Source: an uncultured Bacilli bacterium (lineage in GTDB: Bacteria > Bacillota_I > Bacilli_A > ML615J-28 > CAG-313). From it: a stretch of 64,000 nt of DNA. Positions within the stretch are counted from its first letter, which is position 1. Each line of letters begins with the position of its first letter. Positions 9,501-17,569 of the stretch are shown in pieces. The DNA lies in the NCBI GenBank assembly GCA_934133195.1, contig CAKPAZ010000003.1, forward strand, positions 10,682-74,681. Direction: 5' to 3'. Below the pieces are notes generated by a model. It saw only the letters and a list, made by a program, of their open reading frames with translations. It was not told where the DNA came from and did not search any database. Both the position numbers and the translations under genes were made by a program.

Positions 9501-12500
9501 TTAAGAGCAAACGTTCACGGATTTATTAATCAAGCACAATGGTCAAAATGGCCTGCAAGTGCTAACTATTCAAGTGTTAAATTTGAAGACTTCCAAGACA
9601 AAGTTCCTGGTGGAAAAACTATCGCTGGTCCTGATAAATATGTAAATACTAAAGGTGCTACATTAGTTACTCCTGTTAAAGAAGGATTCGACTTTGCAGG
9701 TTGGATTTGTGGTGATGAAATTATTACTGAAATCGCTGCTGGTACAACTGGTAACTTAACACTTAAAGCTAAATGGCGTGCATCTTCAGGTGAACAAGGC
9801 GTTATCCTTGTAGGTCCTGAAAGAGCATACAAGACAATTGATGAAGCTATGGCAGTTGCAATGCCTGGTGATGTAATCAAACTAGATGCTGGAACTTATG
9901 AAGGCGGAACAATCACTGTTGCTAATGTAAAATTAGTTGGTCCTAATGCTGGTATCAACCCTGTTAACACTACAAGAAGTGCAGAAGCTATCATTACTGG
10001 TGATATCACTGTTGCTGCAAACTATGTAACAATCGATGGTATTAGATTAACTGGTAAAGCTCGTATTGTTGGTTCTGCTAACGGTATTGAAGATTTAACA
10101 ATTACTAATGTTCACATTTTTGAATGTGCTCTTAATGAAACTTCTGCAGACTCATCAAATGCTCCTTTCTACTTCTATACTTCACAAGAAAATGCTGAAT
10201 TTAAGAATATTGTTATTACAAACTGCTTAAATTCTGATACTAAAGAAGGAAGAGGCATGATCCTTTATGGTGCTCATATCAATGGCTTAACTATGAAAGA
10301 TAACAAATTCGTAGGTAAGAGAATTAACTATAACGATGGTATTAAAATCGACAGTAATGCTGGCTGGGGTATCAAAGGTAAAGTTGAAATCGTAAGTAAC
10401 CATTTCGAAAACTACGCTCAATATGTAATTTGGGTACGTCTATATGGCGATGGTGAATATGATATTCAAAACAACGTATTTATTAACAATGGTCAAACTG
10501 CTGGAAGCCATGCTGCTATATCATTTATTACATATAAAGGTGATGGTGGAAAAGTTAGTATTAACTTTATGTACAATACAGTTGACAACTCTTACATGGC
10601 TGCAAGAATTGACAAGGCTGATCGTACAGCTGAAAATTTAATCGTACATATTAACTATAATAAGATTAAAAATTGTAAAGCTTCATACTACGTAAAGAAT
10701 GCCAATGCTTTCAACGTAGATGCTGCAAACAACTATTATGACAAAACTCCAGTTGCTCAAATGTTTAGTGGTGCTGTTTGGGAACCTTACTACACTGATG
10801 AAGATAAAGTTCCTCTATGGGGTCAACCTTTAACATTCAAAGCAATTAATTATGAACTTGACGGTGGTGAATTAGATGAAGCTGCTCCTAGATCATTTGA
10901 TTCTACAACAGGTCTTTCTGTTCTTCCAATTCCAACAAAACGTAATCGTATTTTCGTTGGTTGGTTAATGAATGGTGAATTCGTAACTAGCATTCCTGCT
11001 GGTACTGATACTGCTGTTACATTAACAGCTGTATGGCGTGAAGACGCTATCTATGTAAGTAAGAATGGTGAAAGCTATGCTGTTGCAACTTTAGCAGAAG
11101 CTATCGCAAAAGCAAAAGCTGGCGACAAGATTATCGTTCTTGCTGGTGTATATGAAGAAAACATCACAATTAGTGTTGCTAACTTAACTCTTGTTGGTGT
11201 TAACCAAGGTATCAACCCTAACACTGGAACAAGAGGTGCTGAAGCAATCATTAAAGGTGTTATTACAATTACTGCAAGTGCTACTGACCTTACAATTGAT
11301 GGTTTAGCATTTACTGGTAATGCAAAAGTTAAAAACGCTTCTAATAATGATACAATTAGTGGATTAACATTCCAAAACAACGTTGTATATGATATGGAAG
11401 CTACAACTGCTTGGATTTTAAATAGATATCAAATGGATGCCTTCTTAGAAATCAAAGTTTCTGGTGGATCATCTAATAATATCGGTGTTTATAACAACAA
11501 GTTTACAAACGTTGGTAATGTTAACGTTCTAGTAAACAGAGTTGAAAACTTAAGTGTTGATGGTAACGTATTTAAAGACTTCGGTCGTGATGCCATTCGT
11601 TCTGAAGGTGGTTACTCTTATGGAATCTTAGCATTCACAAACAACCATTTCGAACAAACAACTGCTGGTCATGGTTATGCTGGTATCTTCACATATTCAA
11701 TCGCTGGTGGAGCTGGCACTAACGCTAAAGCCGTAGTTAGAGGTAACACATTTGTTAAAGTTGGTTCAAATGATACTTCAATTGCTCCATACAATGGTGC
11801 ATTAATATCACACGTATACCAAGAAAATCAATTAGCATGGATCGTTGAAGATAACGTATTTGATCATTGTTCAAATATTATGTGGCTTCGTAACAATGGT
11901 GCTAAAGAATCTACTTGGTCTTGTACAGTTCAAAATAACCAATTCTTAGGTATTCCTCAAACTTATTACTTTGGAACATATCGTGGTACTGATACTGCAT
12001 CTACAAATCCACATCTTGCTGTATTTGGTGCTAACTACTATGAAGATAATGATGGTAATGTAATTACTGACTTAACTCAATATGCTGATATGTTTAAACA
12101 CTTAAAGACTTATGGAACAGCTCTAGCTACAAAACCTGGTGAAGCAACAGTTGAAGCATATGAATTCTGGAGAATTTCATATGACCTAGATGGCGGTACT
12201 GCAAAAGGTCTTGTAACTCATTACAATAGAGAAACTGGCGCTATTAAACTTCCTACTCCTACATGGAATATTTACCATGAATTTAAAGGATGGACATTAG
12301 ATGGCGTTACAATCACAGAAATTCCTGAAGGAACAAAAGGAGACTTACACATCGTGGCTGTTTGGGAAGAAATCGAAGGTAACCCTGTTACAATTGAATT
12401 TGAATTAAACGGTGGTAACTGGAACTATTCATCATTTGATGAAATTAGTTTAGATTTATTAAAAGATTACAACACTTATGGTGGAACAAACTATACACAA

Positions 12501-14651
12501 GACAATGTACCATCAGGTGCATGGGAAAACATCAACGTTCATACATTCTTCTATAGTGAAGGTATGTCTGAAAAATGGGGATGGCTTGCTGAATGGCTTG
12601 GTCAAGTAGGTGGAACTCCTAACAAAGCTGCATGTACAGCTCTTACAACAAAAGCAACAGTTGAAGAATTCAATGCTGCTAATGGAAACTACAAATATGC
12701 TGTATCTTATGAATTTAGAGCATTCATGAAGGGTAGTTCAGTTACATCTAATGGTAACTATAAGACTAGTGATTATAGTGACCCACAATTAAGAGAACAA
12801 GTTTGGGAACCATATAATGCAACTGTAAAAACAACTCTTGATACTACAGAAGGTAAGATTCTTACTCTTCCAACTCCTAAGAAACCTTTCTTAACATTCG
12901 TTGGATGGTATGACAATGCTGAATTTACAGGTGATCCTGTTACAACTATTACTGTAGGTGCAACAAATCCTAAATATTATGCTAAGTTTATCGACCCTAA
13001 TCCTGTAACTGGTATTAATATTCTTAATGGTATAACTGAAACTAAACGTTTCACTGAATTACAATTACAATGGGAAGTATTACCTGGTAATGCAACAAAT
13101 AGAGATGTTAAATTCCTTGTTAGTGATTCTAAGATTGCTACTGTAACATCTGAAGGTTTAATCAACTTCTTAGTTGCTGGTACAGTTACAATTAAAGTTG
13201 TTTCTAGCTCAAATCCAAGTATTTATGCAGAAATGACAGTTAATGTATATGTTCCTCAACATATCGAAGGTTCATTCAAGACTAACTCATATGTAGTTTT
13301 AGGTCAAACTATTGAACTACTTGCTGAAGTTATGAATGGTGAAGGCCAAATCGAATGGACAAGTAAAGATGAATCAATCGCAACAGTAAATAATGGTATC
13401 GTTACTCCAGTTAAAGCTGGTACAGTAACTATCGTTGCATCCCTTGTTGGTGCTCCAGAAGTTAAACTTGAATATGTAGTTGTTGTTCTTGAAGAAATGC
13501 CTGAAGGTGTTCTTGAATACTTATTAAGACAAAATAATAGTAATATCTTCTTAAGATCTGAACTTGGTATCGGTGCTGGTAACTATGCTTATTATTCAGA
13601 CATCTTAAGTAGTGTATCTAAATTATTATTCGTTGACTATATAGTTGATAAAACATACTATCAAGAAACTCCTACTCGTAATAATCATGGTGGCGTAAGA
13701 ACTGGTGCGTTAGAATTTATCACTGTTCACTACACTGGTAATATGGCTGCAGGTTCATATGCATCAAGTAATGCTAACTACTTCACTAACTTATCAACTG
13801 ATTCTTCAATTCACTATGTAACTGGTAATGAAGGTATCTATGCTTGTTATGATGAAAAATATGTAACATGGCATGCTGGTGATGGTACTGATACTCCATT
13901 TGAATGGTATCCAACAGGTGTATTAGTAAAAGAAGATGATCCAACTCGTCCAGTTGTAACTATTACAGCTAACTCTAAGTTTGCGATCAATGGTACTGAG
14001 TCAATCGTTCAATGTCCTAGTGGTAAGTCACGTGTTTGGGATCCAGTTACTAAGAAAATGGTAGATGGTCCTGAAGTTATTCCAACTGATAGTAAATATC
14101 TTACTGATTTAGGTCCAGCTGTTAAAGTTGTTGATGGTCAATACTACATTGGTAGAACATGGTGGTGTACTAGTCAAGTTGCTGAAGGACGCGTATGTTC
14201 TTTAGGTGGTAACTTAAATAGTATCGGTATTGAAACTGCATGTAACGAAGGTTCTGACCTATGGTTAACATGGCAAAAGACTGCACAACTAGTTGCTGAC
14301 TTAATGATTAGATATAACCTTGACATCGAAAGAGTTAAAGGTCATAACTTCTACTCAGCAAAAGATTGTCCTCAACCAATGCTTGAAAATGAAGATGAAA
14401 TTTGGTGGGAATTTATCGATCTTTGTAAGGCAGAATATGAAGCAATGTCTACTTATAAAGGCTGGAAGTTCACAATGGTATCAAATAATCCTGATATCGT
14501 TGATAACACTGGTCGTGTAATCAATCAACCTGAATATGACACATGTGTTACATACACTGTAACTTGTGTTAACGGTGAAGAAACTAAGACTATCACTCTT
14601 TCTTCAATGGTTCCTGGTTATTACAGAAATCTTGCACGTGGTGAAAGATAG
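6513..14651 (+). CDS. Giant (2712 aa) multidomain surface lipoprotein: Big_2, many Flg_new repeats, four copies of an unknown helical insert domain, two right-handed beta-helix modules, Big_2 pair, C-terminal Amidase_2
   Basis: Uninterrupted ORF with lipobox LCLVSC. It has repeated EGY(D/T/E)F(V/L/A)GW...G(D/N)LTL.A.W Flg_new units. Beta-helix signatures include ITNVHIFEC, IVITNCLNS, VEIVSNHFENY and YDIQNNVFINNG. C-terminal amidase motifs are ITVHYTGN, IHYVTG, TWHAGDG, NSIGIET and GHNFYSAKDCPQ. Confidence 0.85.
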   Translation: MLNFRKRIFLFLTLIMTALCLVSCTDVKNTVRINFEEDEYTVRMQSTLTVKPVIKASADFDMNGFEVVYESSNEDVVRYVNGILYPVSEGEAQIKAYWKDKDVIFDKATVKVIKPALPELLVEDPINVLKNDEVLLPYTLYKNYTDAKATFKALTPEIATIDETGRVKALKVGQALFEAVVSDYAETSEVYTIKVNVVESDFSIKYVLDGGVNAETNPVGYNTLDCPIELAPATKEGYDFVGWNLDGQIVNEIPANTTGDLVLVAVWKAIEYKLEFDVDGGVFEGDLPTSYTADLLPLALPTLTKEGYEFQGWKLDKAVVTEIKEGTTGDLTLKAVWKALEWNVSFDLDGGEFPGTYATREEMVNDFMKDFGAFAKIDMTTPAQYWAQDPARTNFWKDAKMHAKWSWIFKALIPFAKAQGIDTKYLAGMNADPISIITYATQNVAIYLLGINNAKWNETYKATYGGLASKWTTVDCTSEAVLNSWVQYVGVKTTRNTDEEFVLPTPAKPGYDFAGWFDAEDNKVETVAAGTLTDVAVKAKWTLANYNINFDYAGGTLVGKYATREDLVNDFMKDFGAFAKITMTTPAEYWASDYKTSFWRDAKMYAKWSWIFKALVPLAKSQYQETTYLDNMLADPISISGYATQNVAIYLLGINNAKWNETYASTYKGLSSRFTTVDCTSEKALNSWIEYVGVKSTYTIFDEVTLPTLTKEGYTFVGWFNGDQKVEKIAAGTYGELNLVAKFEGNKYEIEYVLEEGATLPEGAAKEYVFGTGLATLPVPTKEGYDFLGWYEGETKVETIAADRTGKVTLTAKFEKKAEVTEYEITYNLDGGTLPEDAPTKYTKGVGLASLVTPTKEGYTFLGWYLNGELVTAISASQEGNITLEARWEEIVQEEEYEITYDLDGGSWPVTKIESYEDFAAAFAAAYSEYVGKEVTPETFMDVSFNYGNLDDFFDNAKYSADWAWVRTFVVEYCNKTDNQYKSNIADKTADYHNTILRANVHGFINQAQWSKWPASANYSSVKFEDFQDKVPGGKTIAGPDKYVNTKGATLVTPVKEGFDFAGWICGDEIITEIAAGTTGNLTLKAKWRASSGEQGVILVGPERAYKTIDEAMAVAMPGDVIKLDAGTYEGGTITVANVKLVGPNAGINPVNTTRSAEAIITGDITVAANYVTIDGIRLTGKARIVGSANGIEDLTITNVHIFECALNETSADSSNAPFYFYTSQENAEFKNIVITNCLNSDTKEGRGMILYGAHINGLTMKDNKFVGKRINYNDGIKIDSNAGWGIKGKVEIVSNHFENYAQYVIWVRLYGDGEYDIQNNVFINNGQTAGSHAAISFITYKGDGGKVSINFMYNTVDNSYMAARIDKADRTAENLIVHINYNKIKNCKASYYVKNANAFNVDAANNYYDKTPVAQMFSGAVWEPYYTDEDKVPLWGQPLTFKAINYELDGGELDEAAPRSFDSTTGLSVLPIPTKRNRIFVGWLMNGEFVTSIPAGTDTAVTLTAVWREDAIYVSKNGESYAVATLAEAIAKAKAGDKIIVLAGVYEENITISVANLTLVGVNQGINPNTGTRGAEAIIKGVITITASATDLTIDGLAFTGNAKVKNASNNDTISGLTFQNNVVYDMEATTAWILNRYQMDAFLEIKVSGGSSNNIGVYNNKFTNVGNVNVLVNRVENLSVDGNVFKDFGRDAIRSEGGYSYGILAFTNNHFEQTTAGHGYAGIFTYSIAGGAGTNAKAVVRGNTFVKVGSNDTSIAPYNGALISHVYQENQLAWIVEDNVFDHCSNIMWLRNNGAKESTWSCTVQNNQFLGIPQTYYFGTYRGTDTASTNPHLAVFGANYYEDNDGNVITDLTQYADMFKHLKTYGTALATKPGEATVEAYEFWRISYDLDGGTAKGLVTHYNRETGAIKLPTPTWNIYHEFKGWTLDGVTITEIPEGTKGDLHIVAVWEEIEGNPVTIEFELNGGNWNYSSFDEISLDLLKDYNTYGGTNYTQDNVPSGAWENINVHTFFYSEGMSEKWGWLAEWLGQVGGTPNKAACTALTTKATVEEFNAANGNYKYAVSYEFRAFMKGSSVTSNGNYKTSDYSDPQLREQVWEPYNATVKTTLDTTEGKILTLPTPKKPFLTFVGWYDNAEFTGDPVTTITVGATNPKYYAKFIDPNPVTGINILNGITETKRFTELQLQWEVLPGNATNRDVKFLVSDSKIATVTSEGLINFLVAGTVTIKVVSSSNPSIYAEMTVNVYVPQHIEGSFKTNSYVVLGQTIELLAEVMNGEGQIEWTSKDESIATVNNGIVTPVKAGTVTIVASLVGAPEVKLEYVVVVLEEMPEGVLEYLLRQNNSNIFLRSELGIGAGNYAYYSDILSSVSKLLFVDYIVDKTYYQETPTRNNHGGVRTGALEFITVHYTGNMAAGSYASSNANYFTNLSTDSSIHYVTGNEGIYACYDEKYVTWHAGDGTDTPFEWYPTGVLVKEDDPTRPVVTITANSKFAINGTESIVQCPSGKSRVWDPVTKKMVDGPEVIPTDSKYLTDLGPAVKVVDGQYYIGRTWWCTSQVAEGRVCSLGGNLNSIGIETACNEGSDLWLTWQKTAQLVADLMIRYNLDIERVKGHNFYSAKDCPQPMLENEDEIWWEFIDLCKAEYEAMSTYKGWKFTMVSNNPDIVDNTGRVINQPEYDTCVTYTVTCVNGEETKTITLSSMVPGYYRNLARGER
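7534..8757 (+). repeat. Internal tandem duplication, 2 x 612 bp (204 aa), inside the 6513 gene
   Basis: TATGCAACAAGAGAAGA at 7581 recurs at 8193 (offset 612). The encoded YATRE(E/D)(M/L)VNDFMKDFGAFAKI.MTTPA.YWA...NVAIYLLGINNAKWNETY... is near-identical in both copies. Confidence 0.85.
13716..14375 (+). other. Amidase_2 catalytic module (domain of the 6513..14651 protein) with about 107-aa insertion
   Basis: Same motif set as 5511-6110; the insertion (about 13889-14210) lies between HAGDG and NSIGIE. Confidence 0.75.
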
Positions 14652-14665
14652 AAATTAACAAAAAA

Positions 14666-14697
14666 GGCGGTTATAGTAAAACTATAATCGTCTTTTC
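14666..14697 (+). terminator. Rho-independent terminator
   Basis: 12-bp stem GGCGGTTATAGT / ACTATAATCGTC (two G-U pairs), loop AAA, then TTTT. Confidence 0.7.
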
Positions 14698-14803
14698 TTA
14701 TTTAAAGAATTGAAAAAAATTTTAAAATGTGGTATATTAATAATTGAAGTGTGGGGCCCTCTACTATTAGTTTTACTAATATAATAATAGAAGAGGAGTG
14801 TTT

Positions 14804-15388
14804 ATGAATATTAAAATAGAACTAGATGATTCATTAAAAATGTATAATCCATTATGTACAATTAATGATCAATTAATTGAAATTAACAAATTAGAAGAAT
14901 TAGATATCGAAAAAAACTGTAAATTAACACTTAATTTCACAATAAAAGAAAATAAGGAAAAAGAGAAATTAGTAAAACGAATTAGTAAAGCTATTATCTT
15001 ATTATCATCTTTTCTTAAAAAAAGTGATTACCTAACAACTAAAGCTACAGAATATACTAATACTTTAGAACTTGAAACCATTCAAGAAGATGTGACTTTA
15101 AAGTATACATTAGATAATGAAAATACTTTAAATGTAAGTAGTGATCACTCAAATGTAATTTTAAATGAAACAGTAAAAACGACTAATCTTTCATATTTAG
15201 AAAAAAGCCGAAAGTTAGTGCTTAAGACCTTTTCAATTACATTTGCAGTTTTAACACTTATTATTATTAGCATTCTTGGTGCAGCTATCTTTAATGGCAG
15301 TATCTTAGTCTTTCTACTTGGTGCTATAATTAGTATTTTCTTAGTGGTAATCTCCGTAGTTTTCACAAGAAGACTTGACAAAGAATAA
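14804..15388 (+). CDS. Hypothetical membrane protein (soluble N-terminal about 140 aa, two C-terminal TM helices)
   Basis: ORF with RBS AGAGGAG 7 nt before the ATG at 14804 (the track start at 14798 is a GTG). The hydrophobic C-terminus is FSITFAVLTLIIISILGAAIF / ILVFLLGAIISIFLVVISVVF. No recognisable domain. Confidence 0.55.
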   Translation: MNIKIELDDSLKMYNPLCTINDQLIEINKLEELDIEKNCKLTLNFTIKENKEKEKLVKRISKAIILLSSFLKKSDYLTTKATEYTNTLELETIQEDVTLKYTLDNENTLNVSSDHSNVILNETVKTTNLSYLEKSRKLVLKTFSITFAVLTLIIISILGAAIFNGSILVFLLGAIISIFLVVISVVFTRRLDKE

Positions 15389-15445
15389 AAATTTTAAGTA
15401 TGTTTAAGGTTTAAATGCTATAATGCTTACAAGGTGGTGAATAAT

Positions 15446-16120
15446 ATGCGTTTATTACTTGTAGAAGATGAAAAAGCATTATCAAATGCTTTAGTTACAA
15501 TCCTAAAACATAACAATTACTCGGTTGATGCTGTGTACAACGGAGCTGATGCCTTAGATTATCTTGATTCAGAAATTTATGATGGTGTAATTCTTGATAT
15601 CATGTTACCGAAAGTTGATGGAATAACGGTACTTAAAACAATTAGAGCCAAAGGAAACAAAATACCGGTATTACTCCTAACGGCGAAGTCAGAAATCGAT
15701 GATAAGGTATCAGGCCTTGATTCAGGAGCTGATGACTATCTTACCAAACCATTTGTGACCGAAGAACTCCTTGCTCGTTTAAGAGCCATTACTCGTCGTC
15801 AAAAAGACATTCAAGATAATTCACTAAAATACTATGATTTAAAACTTGATAGAGTAAGTTTTGAATTAATCTCTACCAAAGGTAAAGTCTTACTTACCTC
15901 AAAAGAGTTTCAAATTATGGAAATGTTCTTAAAAAATCCAACCATGATTATATCTGTAGATATCTTTATGGATAAAGTCTGGGGATTTGATAGTGAAACT
16001 GATATGTCAGTTGTTTGGACTTATATTTCATATCTAAGAAAAAAACTAAAACTTATTGGATCAGCAGTTAGTATTAAAGCTGTAAGAAATATTGGCTATA
16101 CTTTGGAGACAAAAGCATGA
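15446..16120 (+). CDS. OmpR-family response regulator
   Basis: MRLLLVEDE start, receiver Asp in VILDIMLP, LLLTAK, and a winged-helix C-terminus (VRNIGYTL). RBS AAGGTGGTGA; TGcTATAAT -10 at 15416-15424. Confidence 0.9.
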   Translation: MRLLLVEDEKALSNALVTILKHNNYSVDAVYNGADALDYLDSEIYDGVILDIMLPKVDGITVLKTIRAKGNKIPVLLLTAKSEIDDKVSGLDSGADDYLTKPFVTEELLARLRAITRRQKDIQDNSLKYYDLKLDRVSFELISTKGKVLLTSKEFQIMEMFLKNPTMIISVDIFMDKVWGFDSETDMSVVWTYISYLRKKLKLIGSAVSIKAVRNIGYTLETKA

Positions 16121-17331
16121 TTAAAAAACTAAGATTTAAAATTATTATTGTTATGATGATTGCGGTGGTGGTTGTTTTATCAGTAATTATTGGTGGTATT
16201 AACATCAAAAACTATCATGATTTAACGAAAAGAGCTGACAGTACATTAGAAATCTTAAAGATTAATGATGGTAAGTTTCCTCAAAAACCAATACCTGGCA
16301 GTAATAATCCTTTTGAAATGTCACCAGAACTCCCATTTGAAAGTAGATTCTTTACCATAACCTACAATGAATCAAAGGAAGTATTAGAAGTAAACATTGA
16401 TAAAGTTGCTTCCATTAATAAAGATGAAGCCATCACATATGGTAATAAAGCCATCAAAAATAAAAAAACTAAAGGATTCATGGATTCTTATCGTTTTCTT
16501 GTTGTTGAAAAAGAAAATCAAACATCAATGGTAATTTTCTTAGATTGTAACCGAGAATTAGATAGTTTTAGTAAAGTTCTTAATACGAGTATTATAATTA
16601 GTATTATTGGTGTTTGTGTAGTTTTTGTCTTAGTCTTAATCTTTTCAAAAATTGTGACTAAGCCAGTTGTTCAAACCTACCAAAAACAAAAAAGCTTTAT
16701 AACTGATGCTTCTCATGAACTTAAGACACCACTTACGATCATCAACGCAAGTTGTGAAATTCTTGAATATAACAATGAAGATAATGAATGGATTAAAACC
16801 ATCAAAGATCAAACTAAACGTTTAACCGATCTTACCAATAAACTTGTCTTTTTATCCAAAATGGATGAAGAGTCAAAAAAAGTTATGATGACAGACTTTA
16901 GCTTAAGTGAAGTAATGAATGAAGTAATTACTACCTACCTACCATTATCCGTAACAACCAATAAAAAAATCATCTACAACATTTTACCAAATGTCTCAAT
17001 GACAGGTGATTTAGGGATGATCAAGGAAATGTTAAATCTTCTCATTGATAACGCCTTTAAATATTCAAGTAGTAATAGTGATATTGAAATTAACTTAAAA
17101 ACCCAAGGAAAGTCAAAAATAATTACCATGTCTAACCTTGGAGAAAACCTACCAAGCGGTGATTTAAAGGTTTTATTTGATCGTTTCTATCGTTTAGATT
17201 CATCACGTAATAGTGAAACTGGTGGCCATGGAATTGGACTTTCAGTTGTAAAAGCAATCGTCGAACTTCACAAAGGAAAAATAACTGTCTTCTCAGATAC
17301 TAAAAAGATAACTTTTACCATTATCTTTTAA
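16117..17331 (+). CDS. Sensor histidine kinase (two TM helices, about 125-aa extracytoplasmic loop)
   Basis: ATGA overlap with the response regulator gene. H-box ASHELKTPLT, N-box LIDNAFKYS, DRFYRLD and GGHGIGLSVV are present. Confidence 0.9.
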   Translation: MIKKLRFKIIIVMMIAVVVVLSVIIGGINIKNYHDLTKRADSTLEILKINDGKFPQKPIPGSNNPFEMSPELPFESRFFTITYNESKEVLEVNIDKVASINKDEAITYGNKAIKNKKTKGFMDSYRFLVVEKENQTSMVIFLDCNRELDSFSKVLNTSIIISIIGVCVVFVLVLIFSKIVTKPVVQTYQKQKSFITDASHELKTPLTIINASCEILEYNNEDNEWIKTIKDQTKRLTDLTNKLVFLSKMDEESKKVMMTDFSLSEVMNEVITTYLPLSVTTNKKIIYNILPNVSMTGDLGMIKEMLNLLIDNAFKYSSSNSDIEINLKTQGKSKIITMSNLGENLPSGDLKVLFDRFYRLDSSRNSETGGHGIGLSVVKAIVELHKGKITVFSDTKKITFTIIF

Positions 17332-17569
17332 GCGTGATAACAATTAAACAAACTTAAAATTTTTTAACAAACGTGTGAAAAAGCTAAAAGATTAAAATTT
17401 TAGATAACTAAAGAATTATACTTACCTTACTAAATTAGCAATGTAGATATAATCCTAATAGTCATCTAGGATTTTAGTCTTTTTTTATATATTTTTAAAA
17501 ATATTTAATTTTTTAAACTTCGTTTTAGGTTTGAATATTATAATATTGGTGTGTTTAGGAGGAATCAAT

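Noticed and set aside
1625-14520. Short ORFs nested in or antisense to the three large lipoprotein genes (1625..1870, 1660..2004, 4064..4387, 5069..5296, 5452..5718, 6470..6697, 7382..7648, 9566..9880, 10444..10641, 11075..11380, 12977..13165, 14320..14520)
   Set aside because: All lie fully inside much longer ORFs with clear domain content. They lack RBSs and have low-complexity, implausible translations.
3303-14651. Prophage endolysin or prophage remnant explanation for the two amidase genes
   Set aside because: No holin, tail, capsid, integrase or att-like features are nearby. The proteins are 1023 and 2712 aa with lipoboxes and Ig/Flg_new spacers, unlike endolysins.
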